64,000 nucleotides of DNA, taken from NCBI RefSeq assembly GCF_003334305.1, contig NZ_QOWS01000004.1; one strand, given 5' to 3'. Both the position numbers and the translations under genes were made by a program. The notes beneath the pieces are model-generated. The model did not search any database and was not told the DNA's origin. It saw nothing but the letters and a program-made list of their open reading frames with translations. Shown here piece after piece: positions 19,489-31,835 of this stretch. The DNA comes from Escherichia coli. GTDB lineage: Bacteria; Pseudomonadota; Gammaproteobacteria; Enterobacterales; Enterobacteriaceae. Each line of letters starts with the position of its first letter. The stretch's first letter is position 1.

Positions 19489-20081
19489 TATTCATTCTCC
19501 TGAGAAAAATTCCGGGCCTGCGGCAATCCTTGCCAGCGCCTGGCATGGGGATGTTCGAGGCCAAATTTATCCAGCACGCGGGCTACCACATGGTGGACAA
19601 TGTCATCTACCGTTTCGGGATGGTTATAAAAGGCAGGCATCGGCGGCACCATCGCCACGCCCATGCGTGAAAGTGCGAGCATATTTTCGAGATGGATGGT
19701 GCTAAGCGGCATTTCACGCGGCACCAGCACCAGTTTGCGGCCTTCTTTGAGCACGACGTCCGCCGCGCGCCCTACCAGGCCATCGGCGTAACCAGCGCGG
19801 ATACCGGCGAGCGTTTTCATACTGCACGGAATAACGATCATGCCGTCGGTACGAAAAGAACCGGATGAGATGATCGCCGCCTGATCCGCCGGGTTATGGC
19901 TGAAGTCTGCGAGGGCAGCAACATCGCGAGCGCTGTAAGGCGTTTCCAGTTCAATGGTGGTTTTCGCCCACTTCGACATCACCAGATGAGTCTCGACATT
20001 CGGCATCTCCCGCAGCGCTTGCAGTAATGCCACACCAAGAGGCGCACCGGTAGCCCCTGTCATCCCGACGATCAGTTTCAT
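19488..20081 (-). CDS. ecdB: UbiX/Pad1-family flavin prenyltransferase, subunit B
   Basis: 197 aa MKLIVGMTGATGAPLGVALLQAL, the hallmark UbiX flavoprotein N-terminus. Confidence 0.88.
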   Translation of the reverse strand: MKLIVGMTGATGAPLGVALLQALREMPNVETHLVMSKWAKTTIELETPYSARDVAALADFSHNPADQAAIISSGSFRTDGMIVIPCSMKTLAGIRAGYADGLVGRAADVVLKEGRKLVLVPREMPLSTIHLENMLALSRMGVAMVPPMPAFYNHPETVDDIVHHVVARVLDKFGLEHPHARRWQGLPQARNFSQENE

Positions 20082-20097
20082 TGCTTATCCTCTTAAT

Positions 20098-20113
20098 TGT
20101 TCGTATACGAACA
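20098..20113. promoter_or_regulatory. Perfect 16-bp palindrome, candidate MarR-family operator
   Basis: TGTTCGTATACGAACA lies 17 nt upstream of the ecdB ATG, in the divergent spacer shared with the MarR-like gene. Confidence 0.45.
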
Positions 20114-20227
20114 TTATTATTAACATACTCCTTCATTTCCACAGCGGCAAGGATTGAAAAGTAACAACATCTTCTTCGTCACTAAAAAACCGCTATGATA
20201 GCGACAGAGAATTAGCCCGGAGTTTAC

Positions 20228-20635
20228 ATGGCGTTACGAAATAAAGCGTTCCATCAGTTACGACAGCTTTTTCAGCAGCACACGGCTCGCTGGCAGCACG
20301 AGTTACCTGACCTGACCAAACCACAGTACGCGGTGATGCGCGCCATTGCTGATAAACCTGGTATCGAACAGGTGGCACTGATAGAAGCAGCTGTCAGCAC
20401 CAAAGCAACGTTAGCAGAAATGTTGGCAAGAATGGAAAATCGTGGCTTAGTCAGACGTGAACATGACCCCGCTGATAAGCGGCGACGCTTTGTCTGGTTG
20501 ACTGCCGAAGGCGAAAAGATACTTGCTGCGGCGATACCCATTGGTGACAGCGTGGATGAGGAATTTTTGGGGCGTTTGAGTGGAGAAGAGCAGGAGCTGT
20601 TTATGCAGCTGGTGCGCAAGATGATGAACGCATAG
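20228..20635 (+). CDS. MarR/SlyA-family transcriptional regulator (probable phenolic-acid-responsive regulator of ecdBCD)
   Basis: 135 aa with a winged-helix MarR signature (LTKPQYAVMRAI...DKRRRFVWLTAEG). Divergent from ecdB. Confidence 0.8.
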   Translation: MALRNKAFHQLRQLFQQHTARWQHELPDLTKPQYAVMRAIADKPGIEQVALIEAAVSTKATLAEMLARMENRGLVRREHDPADKRRRFVWLTAEGEKILAAAIPIGDSVDEEFLGRLSGEEQELFMQLVRKMMNA

Positions 20636-20647
20636 GGGGCAAATTTC

Positions 20648-20681
20648 CGGATGCGACGCTATCGCGTCTTATCCAGACTAC
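20648..20681. repeat. REP (repetitive extragenic palindromic) element
   Basis: CCGGATGCGACGCTATCGCGTCTTATCCAGACTAC, the canonical REP core GATGCGACGC...GCGTCTTATC. Confidence 0.75.
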
Positions 20682-20704
20682 AAATACACCGACTCACCAA
20701 CCGA

Positions 20705-20740
20705 AAGAAAAAAGGCCAGCCTCGCTTGAGACTGGCCTTT
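20705..20740 (-). terminator. rpoS intrinsic terminator
   Basis: Minus strand reads AAAGGCCAG-tctcaagcgagg-CTGGCCTTTTTT, directly after the rpoS stop. Confidence 0.75.
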
Positions 20741-20755
20741 CTGACAGATGCTTAC

Positions 20756-21748
20756 TTACTCGCGGAACAGCGCTTCGATATTCAGCCCCTGCGTTTGTAG
20801 GATTTCGCGCAAACGGCGCAGGCCTTCAACCTGAATCTGGCGAACACGTTCACGGGTGAGGCCAATTTCACGACCTACATCTTCCAGTGTTGCCGCTTCG
20901 TACCCCAGCAAACCGAATCGACGTGCCAGCACTTCACGCTGTTTGGCGTTCAGCTCGAACAGCCATTTGACGATGCTCTGCTTCATATCATCATCTTGCG
21001 TGGTATCTTCCGGACCGTTCTCTTTTTCATCGGCCAGGATGTCCAGCAACGCTTTTTCGGAATCACCACCCAGCGGGGTGTCTACCGAGGTAATGCGCTC
21101 GTTAAGACGAAGCATACGGCTGACGTCATCAACTGGCTTATCCAGTTGCTCTGCGATCTCTTCCGCACTTGGTTCATGGTCCAGCTTATGGGACAACTCA
21201 CGTGCGGTTCGCAGGTAAACGTTCAGCTCCTTTACGATGTGAATCGGCAAACGAATAGTACGGGTTTGGTTCATAATCGCCCGTTCAATCGTCTGGCGAA
21301 TCCACCAGGTTGCGTATGTCGAGAAGCGGAAACCACGTTCCGGGTCAAACTTCTCTACCGCGCGGATCAGCCCCAGGTTGCCCTCTTCGATAAGGTCCAG
21401 CAACGCCAGACCACGATTGCCATAACGGCGGGCAATTTTTACCACCAGACGCAAGTTACTCTCGATCATCCGGCGGCGAGAGGCGACATCTCCACGCAGT
21501 GCGCGACGCGCAAAATAAACTTCTTCTTCGGCCGTTAACAGTGGTGAATAACCAATCTCACCAAGGTAAAGCTGAGTCGCGTCCAACACACGCTGTGTGG
21601 CTCCCTGCGATAACAGTTCCTCTTCGGCCAAATCGTTATCACTGGGTTCCTCTTCTACTAAGGCCTTTTCGTCAAAAACCTCAACTCCGTTCTCATCAAA
21701 TTCCGCATCTTCATTTAAATCATGAACTTTCAGCGTATTCTGACTCAT
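20756..21748 (-). CDS. rpoS: RNA polymerase stationary-phase sigma factor RpoS (sigma38)
   Basis: 330 aa from [21 protein letters not shown]... with sigma70 regions 2-4. The ORF-track start at 21784 is a 12-codon upstream extension. Confidence 0.97.
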   Translation of the reverse strand: MSQNTLKVHDLNEDAEFDENGVEVFDEKALVEEEPSDNDLAEEELLSQGATQRVLDATQLYLGEIGYSPLLTAEEEVYFARRALRGDVASRRRMIESNLRLVVKIARRYGNRGLALLDLIEEGNLGLIRAVEKFDPERGFRFSTYATWWIRQTIERAIMNQTRTIRLPIHIVKELNVYLRTARELSHKLDHEPSAEEIAEQLDKPVDDVSRMLRLNERITSVDTPLGGDSEKALLDILADEKENGPEDTTQDDDMKQSIVKWLFELNAKQREVLARRFGLLGYEAATLEDVGREIGLTRERVRQIQVEGLRRLREILQTQGLNIEALFRE

Positions 21749-21810
21749 AAGGTGGCTCCTACCCGTGATCCCTTGACGGAACATTCAAGCAAAAGCCTGG
21801 TTCCGCCGAT

Positions 21811-22950
21811 TTATCGCTGCGGCAAATAACGCAGCGGGTTTACGGATTTCCCCTTGTAACGAATTTCAAAATGCAAGCGTGTTGAACTGGTTCCGGTGCT
21901 ACCCATGGTTGCTATTTTTTGCCCCGCCTTCACTTCTTGTTGTTCCCGGACCAGCATTGTGTCGTTATGGGCGTAGGCACTCAGGTAATCATCATTATGT
22001 TTGATGATAATCAGATTACCGTAGCCGCGCAGCGCGTTACCGGCATAAACAACGCGGCCATCTGCGGTCGCGATAATTGCCTGTCCTTTGCTGCCTGCGA
22101 TATCAATCCCCTTGTTGCCCCCCTCAGAAGCGCCAAAGGTTTCGATCACTTTGCCCTCAGTCGGCCAGCGCCAGGTGGAGATAGGCGTACTGGTTGATGT
22201 ACTGCTGACAGTTGGCTCGGTTGTGCTTGCTGTTGGTACCGTTACAGGCGCTGTGACCGTGGTCGCAGCTGGCTTGTTGTTCGGCAACATTTTGTTAGCA
22301 CTCTGTTCACCCGAAGATTCAGAATACGTAATTGTCGGTTGCGACGCAACAGCAACGGTGGAATTTTGTGCAGGCTTGATCACAACTCCTTGCTCTGCTG
22401 CGTCGGCCTGGGTAATGGCATTTCCGCCAGTGATTGGCGTACCGGAAGCATTACCCACCTGCAAGGTCTGACCAACGTTCAGCGCGTATGGTGCCTGAAT
22501 ATTGTTGCGCTGAGCAAGGTCACGGAAATCGTTGCCAGTAATCCAGGCGATATAGAAAAGTGTGTCGCCTTTTTTCACGGTATAGGTACTGCCGCTATAA
22601 CTGCCTTTCGGAATGTTCCCATACTGACGGTTATAGACGATGCGTCCGTTTTCCATCTGTACCGGCTGCTGAGCTACTGGCTGCACTGGCTGGATTTGCG
22701 GTTGTTGAGTAGCCTGAATTTGTGGCTGCTGTACCGGCTGAATTTGCGGTTGCTGGGCTGTAGACGTCGTCCCCATTTTCGGCGGCGGCGTAATCAACAT
22801 ACCAGAATTGGTATTTGCAGGCGCATTGCCATTAACAGAGCTGACCGGTGCCGGTGGATTTGAAGTGTCAGAACAGCCTGCCAGCCATAGCGAAACCAGT
22901 GACAAAGCCGCAATGCGGCGAACGGTGAATTTTGGGCTTCCCGCGCTCAT
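21811..22950 (-). CDS. nlpD: Murein hydrolase activator lipoprotein NlpD (LysM + degenerate LytM/M23 domain)
   Basis: 379 aa with lipobox LAGC, a Q/P-rich repeat linker, a LysM domain ([14 protein letters not shown]) and a C-terminal M23 domain. The main rpoS promoter is known to lie inside this gene; I did not map it. Confidence 0.95.
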   Translation of the reverse strand: MSAGSPKFTVRRIAALSLVSLWLAGCSDTSNPPAPVSSVNGNAPANTNSGMLITPPPKMGTTSTAQQPQIQPVQQPQIQATQQPQIQPVQPVAQQPVQMENGRIVYNRQYGNIPKGSYSGSTYTVKKGDTLFYIAWITGNDFRDLAQRNNIQAPYALNVGQTLQVGNASGTPITGGNAITQADAAEQGVVIKPAQNSTVAVASQPTITYSESSGEQSANKMLPNNKPAATTVTAPVTVPTASTTEPTVSSTSTSTPISTWRWPTEGKVIETFGASEGGNKGIDIAGSKGQAIIATADGRVVYAGNALRGYGNLIIIKHNDDYLSAYAHNDTMLVREQQEVKAGQKIATMGSTGTSSTRLHFEIRYKGKSVNPLRYLPQR

Positions 22951-23089
22951 TTATCCCCCAGGAAAAATTGGTTAATAACCAGTGACATAATTACCGTGCA
23001 AGGCACCCTACTGAACACTGGAAAAGATGTTCACGATACGCTGACCTGCGGCAAAATAACCAGGAAAAATCCAGGTATTTCCTCACGTT

Positions 23090-24451
<1,362 letters not shown>

Positions 24452-24471
<20 letters not shown>

Positions 24472-25501
24472 AATCACCTGTTGTGTTGATAAGTTCCCTG
24501 ACAACGCTGGTTGCAAAACTACCCGCCGGAAGCCAGAAACGGATCTCTACGGTGACGTCATCCCACCAATTCCAGCTTAATTGTTGCGGATACAGCAGCA
24601 TCGCTCTGCGCGCGGCTTCAACTTTTTCGCGCACCAGTAAAGCTTGTAATTCAGTTTCTGCGGCGACAGCTGCTTGTTCGAATGCCAGCGCTTCACGCTG
24701 AGTTCCCCATTCGCCACTGCCCGGCAATGCGGCGGTTATCATCAACTCTTTATCGTTGACGCGACGCTGTAATTCCGCCAGTTCTTCGGTGGTTGCTACA
24801 AACCAGCTACCACGTCCGGCTAATTGTAGCGCATCGCCGTCAACAACTTGATTAACGTCTGCTTTTTTGAGGCGCTCAGCAACAATCTGATTAAACAACG
24901 CACTGCGGGCTGCCGACAACCAAAAACTCCGTTTATTACGATCGCGCACCGGAGTATTGGTTTGCGCCCAGCGCAGCGCGCCCTGCAAGTTGCTACCGCC
25001 AATCCCAAAACGTTGGGCACCGAAGTAGTTCGGTACACCTTTTACGCAAATATCGATCAGACGTTGTTCAACGTCATCGCGATTGCTCACTTCGCGCAGA
25101 ACCAGGGTAAAAGCGTTACCTTTCAGCGCGCCTAAACGCAGCTTACGCTTGTGCCGCGCATACTCCAGCACCTGGCAGCCTTCCAGTTGAAAGGCGCTCA
25201 GATCGGGCATTTCCTTGCCTGGCACGCGAGCGCATAACCACTGTTCCGTAACAGCATGTTTGTCTTTTTGCCCAGCGAAGCTGACTTCACGGGCATGAAT
25301 TTTCAGGAATTTCGCCAGTGCATCCGCCACAAAACGGGTATTGCAGCCGTTTTTGAGGATTCTAACCAGAATATGCTCACCTTCACCATCAGGCTCAAAG
25401 CCCAAATCTTCCACCACCACAAAGTCTTCCGGATTGGCTTTCAGCAGCCCGGTGCCTTGCGGTTTACCGTGGAGGTAAGTGAGATTATCAAACTCAATCA
25501 T
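24452..25501 (-). CDS. truD: tRNA pseudouridine(13) synthase TruD
   Basis: 349 aa [29 protein letters not shown]... Confidence 0.95.
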
Positions 25502-25977
25502 TTTGTTGCCTTAATGAGTAGCGCCACCGCTTCACAGGCAATCCCTTCCCCACGTCCGGTAAATCCAAGTTTTTCCGTAGTAGTGGCTTTCACGTTAACA
25601 TCATCCATATGGCAGCCGAGATCTTCGGCAATAAACACGCGCATTTGTGGAATGTGCGGCAACATCTTCGGTGCCTGAGCGATGATAGTGACATCGACGT
25701 TGCCCAGGGTATACCCCTTCGCCTGAATACGACGCCAGGCTTCGCGTAGCAGCTCGCGGCTGTCGGCACCTTTAAATGCCGGATCGGTATCCGGGAACAG
25801 CTTGCCGATATCCCCCAGCGCCGCCGCGCCAAGCAATGCATCGGTCAACGCATGGAGCGCCACGTCGCCATCAGAATGCGCCAGCAATCCTTTTTCGTAA
25901 GGAATGCGTACGCCACCAATGATAATTGGGCCTTCACCGCCAAAGGCATGTACGTCAAAACCGTGTCCAATTCGCAT
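25498..25977 (-). CDS. ispF: 2-C-methyl-D-erythritol 2,4-cyclodiphosphate synthase
   Basis: 159 aa [14 protein letters not shown]... Confidence 0.96.
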
Positions 25978-26687
25978 TATGTATTCTCCTGATGGATGGT
26001 TCGGGTGAGGTAAAACTCGGCCAGTGCCAAATCTTCCGGGCGCGTGACTTTAATGTTATCCGCACGGCCTTCGACCAACTGAGGATGGAATCCGCAATAT
26101 TCCAGCGCCGAGGCTTCGTCGGTAATAGTCGCGCCTTCATTTAGAGCGCGCGTCAGACAGTCATGTAACAGCTCACGAGGGAAAAATTGCGGCGTCAGCG
26201 CGTGCCATAAGCCGTTGCGATCAACGGTATGAGCAATGGCATTTTTGCCCGGTTCGGCACGTTTCATCGTATCGCGCACTGGTGCGGCTAGGATCCCTCC
26301 CGTGCGGCTGGTTTCGCTCAACGCCAACAATCGCGCGAGGTCATCCTGATGCAGACAAGGACGAGCGGCGTCATGCACCAATACCCACTGCGCGTCGCCA
26401 GCGGCTTTCAAACCTGCCAGCACGGAATCGGCACGCTCATCACCGCCATCTACAACGGTGATTTGCGGATGATTCGCCAGAGGAAGTTGTGCAAAACGGC
26501 TATCGCCAGGACTTATGGCAATGACGACACGTTTCACCCGGGGATGCGCCAGCAGCGCATGCACCGAGTGTTCAAGAATGGTTTGATTACCGATTGAGAG
26601 ATATTGCTTAGGACATTCCGTTTGCATTCGACGGCCAAATCCGGCCGCCGGAACCACGGCGCAAACATCCAAATGAGTGGTTGCCAT
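25977..26687 (-). CDS. ispD: 2-C-methyl-D-erythritol 4-phosphate cytidylyltransferase
   Basis: 236 aa with [11 protein letters not shown]. 1-nt overlap with ispF. Confidence 0.96.
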
Positions 26688-26705
26688 GTTAATTCCCGGG
26701 CTGAT

Positions 26706-27017
26706 TTATCGATTGTTTTGCCCCGCAGACTGTGCGCGCTTCGACGCGTCAGGCACCAGACGATAAAAAGTTTCGCCCGGCCTGGTCATGCTGAGTTCAT
26801 TACGCGCACGCTCTTCGAGCGCCTCCTGGCCGCCATTGAGATCGTCAATTTCGGCAAAAAGTTGATCGTTTCGCGCTTTAAGTTTCGCGTTTGTAGCTTG
26901 CTGTGCCGCCACATCATCATTGACGCGGGTATAGTCATGTATACCGTTCTTACCGAACCACAGCGAATACTGTAGCCAGACCAGAATAGCCAGCAACAGC
27001 AGCGTTAGTTTACCCAT
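26706..27017 (-). CDS. ftsB: Cell division protein FtsB
   Basis: 103 aa [25 protein letters not shown]... with an N-terminal TM helix and a coiled coil. Confidence 0.95.
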
Positions 27018-27210
27018 CCTGCCCCCTGAAAAACGGCATCATCATCCCATGCATCCGAAGACGACTCTACATCCTCTGTTGGGGATACCGCGACAACGCG
27101 GGCAAATGTACCACATTTGTCCATTGTTACGTATACCCAGGGCGTGCAGAACATAATCTCATTATTAGTTACGGTTTGAATTATGAACAGAGGAGACAAG
27201 AAAGTACAAA

Positions 27211-27534
27211 TTAGCCCAGTAGCCACATAAACAGTGCGCCAAACATAATGCCTACTGTCACCAGGGTGAAAACAATACTGTAGCGTAGCTTTCCGTCCAT
27301 CAATGAATGCAGCGCAATCCCCACCACTACCGCGACGGGCATCAGCGCCAGAAAGAAAGGCCAGGTGTAGATAAAGAAGAACAGCGTGTTAGAGCCATAA
27401 ATCAACATCGGCATCGCCAGCGCAAATAACCAGGAGATAAAACCGACCACGGCACCAGGCAGTGACCATGTGGTTTCTTCATCCTCAGTAAGGCTGTCGT
27501 TATTTGTTAGTGTAATGTTATGGCTATTACGCAT
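27211..27534 (-). CDS. ygbE: Inner membrane protein YgbE (DUF3561)
   Basis: 107 aa with three hydrophobic helices. Downstream of cysC. Confidence 0.8.
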   Translation of the reverse strand: MRNSHNITLTNNDSLTEDEETTWSLPGAVVGFISWLFALAMPMLIYGSNTLFFFIYTWPFFLALMPVAVVVGIALHSLMDGKLRYSIVFTLVTVGIMFGALFMWLLG

Positions 27535-27583
27535 ATTTGATCCTGTTACTTTGACGAACCGGGCATGGAAACCCGGTGGTGTC

Positions 27584-28189
27584 TCAGGATCTGATAATAT
27601 CGTTCTGTCTCAACAGATCTAATAATTGCTGTACCAAATTTGTTACTAATTGTTCACCATTGAGATGAATTTCTGCCGATTCAGGCGCTTCGTAAACGGA
27701 ATCTATTCCCGTAAAGTTGCGCAGTTCACCGGCACGCGCTTTCTTATATAAGCCTTTGGGATCGCGGGCTTCGCAAATCGCCAGCGGCGTATCGACAAAC
27801 ACTTCGATAAAGCGCCCTTCTCCTACGCGTTCGCGAACCATCTGGCGTTCGGCGCGGTGTGGCGAGATAAATGCGGTCAGCACCACCAGTCCGGCTTCAA
27901 CCATCAAATTCGCCACTTCACCGACGCGACGGATATTCTCTTTACGATCGGCATCGCTAAAACCGAGATCGCTGCATAATCCGTGGCGAACATTATCGCC
28001 ATCCAGCAGATACGTACTGACGCCGAGTTTATGTAACGCCTCCTCCAGCGCCCCGGCGACCGTTGATTTACCGGACCCGGAGAGGCCGGTAAACCACAGC
28101 ACTACACCACGATGACCGTGGTGTAGCTCGCGTTGTTGCACAGTGACCGGATGGCTATGCCAGACGACGTTTTCGTCATGCAGCGCCAT
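27584..28189 (-). CDS. cysC: Adenylylsulfate (APS) kinase
   Basis: 201 aa with P-loop GLSGSGKST. Start overlaps the cysN stop. Confidence 0.96.
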
Positions 28190-29616
28190 TATTTATCCCC
28201 CAGCAAATCGCGCGCGCCCCAGTGCGGAAAGTGGCGGCGAACCAGAGCATTCAATTCCAGTTCGAATGCACTAAATTCAGATGACGCAACGGCGGCCTCG
28301 TTTTTCGGCTCATGCACCATACCGGCACCAACAGTCACGTTGCTCAGGCGATCGATAAAAATCAGCCCACCCGTCACCGGATTTTGTTGATAACGATCTA
28401 ACACCAGCGGCTCGTCAAAAGTGAGATCCACGAGGCCGATCCCATTCAGTGGCAGGTTTTCAACTTCACGCTGGGTAAGGTTATTAATATCAACCTGATA
28501 GCGAATGCCATCAACACGCGCGCGCGTCTTCTTACCGGCAATTTTGATGTCATAACTCTGGCCCGGGGAAAGCGGCTGTTCCGCCATCCATACCACATCC
28601 ACCGACGCGCTCTGCACAGCCGGTAACGCTTCGTCTGCCGCCAGCAGCAGATCGCCACGGCTGATGTCGATCTCATCCGTCAGCACCAGGGTGATCGCTT
28701 CTCCGGCAAAGGCTTCTTCGCGATCACCATCAAAAGTCACGATCCGCGCGACGTTTGATTCCACACCAGAGGGCAGCACTTTGACACGTTGCCCGACTTC
28801 CACGCGACCGGATGCCAGCGTTCCGGCGTAGCCACGAAAATCGAGATTCGGGCGGTTAACGTACTGCACCGGGAAGCGCATTGGCTGAGCATCCACCACT
28901 CGCTGGATCTCCACGGTTTCCAGCACTTCGAGCAGTGTAGGACCGCTGTACCACGGCATACTTTCACTTTGTGAAGCCACGTTGTCACCTTCCAGTGCGG
29001 AGAGCGGCACAAAGCGGATATCCAGATTCCCCGGCAGTTGCCCGGCAAAAGTCAGATAATCTTCACGAATACGTGTGAACGTCTCTTCACTGTAATCCAC
29101 CAGATCCATTTTGTTGATCGCCACGACCAGATGTTTGATCCCCAACAGTGTGGAGATAAAACTGTGACGACGGGTTTGATCGAGCACGCCTTTACGGGCA
29201 TCGATCAGTAAGATCGCCAGTTCACATGTCGATGCGCCAGTCGCCATATTGCGAGTGTACTGCTCGTGCCCTGGGGTGTCGGCGATAATAAATTTACGCT
29301 TCTCGGTAGAGAAATAGCGGTAGGCCACATCAATAGTAATGCCCTGTTCGCGCTCAGCTTGCAGGCCGTCCACCAGCAGTGCCAGATCCAGCTTTTCGCC
29401 CTGGGTGCCGTGACGCTTACTGTCGTTATGCAGCGATGAGAGCTGATCTTCGTAGATTTGGCGGGTATCGTGCAGCAGGCGACCAATCAGGGTACTTTTG
29501 CCGTCATCGACGCTACCACAGGTCAGAAAACGCAGCAGGCTTTTATGTTGTTGCGCAATCATCCAGGCTTCGACGCCGCCTTCATTAGCGATTTGTTGTG
29601 CAAGTGCGGTGTTCAT
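28189..29616 (-). CDS. cysN: Sulfate adenylyltransferase subunit 1 (GTPase)
   Basis: 475 aa with GTPase motifs [14 protein letters not shown] and NKMD. Confidence 0.96.
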
Positions 29617-29617
29617 C

Positions 29618-30526
29618 TTAAAAATACCCCTGACGTTTTTTCAGCTCCATAGACCCCGCCTGGTCGCGGTCAATCACGCGGCCCTGACGTTCACTGGTGG
29701 TGGAAACCAGCATCTCTTCGATGATCTCCGGCAGTGTTTGTGCATTTGACTCCACCGCACCGGTCAGCGGCCAGCAGCCCAGCGTACGGAAACGCACCAT
29801 CCGTTTTTTAATCACTTCGCCCGGTTGCAGGTCGATACGGTTGTCATCAATCATCATCAACATACCGTCGCGTTCCAGAACCGGACGTTCCGCAGCGAGA
29901 TACAGCGGCACAATGTCGATATTTTCCAGCCAGATGTATTGCCAGATATCCTGCTCGGTCCAGTTAGAGAGCGGGAAGACGCGGATGCTTTCGCCTTTGT
30001 TAATTTGCCCGTTGTAGTTGTGCCACAGCTCCGGGCGCTGATTTTTCGGATCCCAGCGATGGAAGCGGTCACGGAAAGAGTAGATTCGCTCTTTAGCGCG
30101 GGATTTCTCTTCGTCACGGCGCGCACCACCGAAGGCGGCATCAAAACCGTATTTGTTCAGCGCCTGTTTCAGGCCTTCAGTTTTCATAATATCGGTATGT
30201 TTCGCGCTGCCGTGCACGAATGGATTAATCCCCATCGCCACGCCTTCCGGGTTTTTATGCACCAGCAGCTCGCAGCCGTAGGCTTTCGCCGTACGATCGC
30301 GGAACTCATACATCTCGCGGAATTTCCAGCCGGTATCGACATGCAGCAACGGGAAAGGCAGCGTACCTGGATAAAACGCCTTGCGCGCCAGATGCAGCAT
30401 GACGCTGGAATCTTTACCGATAGAGTAGAGCATCACCGGATTTGAGAATTCTGCCGCCACCTCGCGAATAATGTGGATGCTTTCCGCCTCCAGTTGCCGC
30501 AGGTGAGTAAGTCGTTTTTGATCCAT
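29618..30526 (-). CDS. cysD: Sulfate adenylyltransferase subunit 2
   Basis: 302 aa of the PAPS-reductase-like fold (YSIGKDSSV). Confidence 0.96.
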   Translation of the reverse strand: MDQKRLTHLRQLEAESIHIIREVAAEFSNPVMLYSIGKDSSVMLHLARKAFYPGTLPFPLLHVDTGWKFREMYEFRDRTAKAYGCELLVHKNPEGVAMGINPFVHGSAKHTDIMKTEGLKQALNKYGFDAAFGGARRDEEKSRAKERIYSFRDRFHRWDPKNQRPELWHNYNGQINKGESIRVFPLSNWTEQDIWQYIWLENIDIVPLYLAAERPVLERDGMLMMIDDNRIDLQPGEVIKKRMVRFRTLGCWPLTGAVESNAQTLPEIIEEMLVSTTSERQGRVIDRDQAGSMELKKRQGYF

Positions 30527-30777
30527 AACCGTTCCTTTGCAATACCGCTATTTTCTTGCCATCAGATGTTTCGACTATAGGGAGCGTAAGAGAACGAATG
30601 AAATTACCAATTAGAATGAGTAGTTCCTTAACGGAATAACGATTTGGCAAAGCTAATATCAAAAAGTGCTTAAGGCACCGGATTTCGGGCGTTTAGGAAG
30701 ATTTGAAATTGTTTTAGCGCAGCGGCAGTTTCATACTATGGCGGTAAAAAAATTTGCATGGTATTTAAGGACTCACT

Positions 30778-31815
30778 ATGTTTTCCGCATTGCGCCACCG
30801 TACCGCTGCCCTGGCGCTCGGCGTATGCTTTATTCTCCCCGTACACGCCTCGTCACCTAAACCTGGCGATTTTGCTAATACCCAGGCACGACATATTGCT
30901 ACTTTCTTTCCGGGACGCATGACCGGAACTCCAGCAGAAATGTTATCTGCCGATTATATTCGCCAACAGTTTCAGCAAATGGGTTATCGCAGTGATATTC
31001 GGACATTTAATAGTCGGTATATTTATACCGCCCGCGATAATCGCAAGAACTGGCATAACGTGACAGGAAGTACGGTGATTGCCGCTCATGAAGGCAAAGC
31101 GCCGCAGCAGATCATCATTATGGCGCATCTGGATACTTACGCCCCGCTGAGCGATGCTGACGCCGATGCCAATCTCGGCGGGCTGACGTTACAAGGAATG
31201 GATGATAACGCCGCAGGTTTAGGTGTCATGCTGGAATTGGCAGAACGCCTGAAAAATACGCCTACCGAGTATGGTATTCGATTTGTGGCGACCAGCGGCG
31301 AAGAGGAAGGGAAATTAGGCGCTGAGAATTTACTCAAGCGGATGAGTGACACCGAAAAGAAAAATACGCTGCTGGTGATTAATCTCGATAACTTAATTGT
31401 TGGCGATAAATTGTATTTCAACAGCGGTGTAAAAACTCCTGAAGCAGTAAGGAAATTAACGCGCGACAGGGCGCTGGCAATTGCGCGCAGTCACGGAATA
31501 GCCGCAACGACCAACCCGGGTTTGAATAAAAATTATCCGAAAGGCACTGGGTGTTGTAATGACGCAGAAATATTCGACAAAGCGGGCATTGCTGTACTTT
31601 CGGTGGAAGCGACTAACTGGAATCTTGGGAATAAGGATGGTTATCAGCAACGCGCAAAAACACCTGCCTTCCCGGCGGGAAATAGCTGGAATGACGTAAG
31701 ACTGGATAATCAACAACATATTGATAAGGCACTTCCTGGAAGAATAGAACGTCGCTGCCGTGACGTTATGCGGATAATGCTACCGTTGGTGAAGGAGCTG
31801 GCGAAGGCGTCTTGA
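30778..31815 (+). CDS. iap: Alkaline phosphatase isozyme conversion aminopeptidase (M28 family)
   Basis: 345 aa with a signal peptide and M28 metallopeptidase motifs (MAHLD, DDNAAG, SGEEEG). Lies directly upstream of the CRISPR array, as in E. coli. Confidence 0.93.
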   Translation: MFSALRHRTAALALGVCFILPVHASSPKPGDFANTQARHIATFFPGRMTGTPAEMLSADYIRQQFQQMGYRSDIRTFNSRYIYTARDNRKNWHNVTGSTVIAAHEGKAPQQIIIMAHLDTYAPLSDADADANLGGLTLQGMDDNAAGLGVMLELAERLKNTPTEYGIRFVATSGEEEGKLGAENLLKRMSDTEKKNTLLVINLDNLIVGDKLYFNSGVKTPEAVRKLTRDRALAIARSHGIAATTNPGLNKNYPKGTGCCNDAEIFDKAGIAVLSVEATNWNLGNKDGYQQRAKTPAFPAGNSWNDVRLDNQQHIDKALPGRIERRCRDVMRIMLPLVKELAKAS

Positions 31816-31835
31816 TGGGTTTGAAAATGGGAGCT

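Noticed and set aside
22630-22800. Tandem QQPQIQP-type repeats in nlpD (imperfect ~24-nt DNA repeats).
   Set aside because: This is the known low-complexity Gln/Pro linker of NlpD. It is in frame and inside an intact gene, so it is not an independent repeat element.
27005-27226. 73-aa ORF in the ftsB-ygbE spacer (MATGLICTFLSPLFIIQTV...).
   Set aside because: It overlaps the ftsB start and the ygbE stop, and has no RBS and no recognisable family. The spacer is more likely the ftsB promoter region.
27558-27577. Hairpin ACCGGG-catggaaa-CCCGGT between cysC and ygbE, considered as a terminator.
   Set aside because: The stem is short (6 bp) and there is no convincing U-tract on the minus strand. 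ygbE probably continues the cysDNC transcript. The evidence is insufficient to call a terminator.
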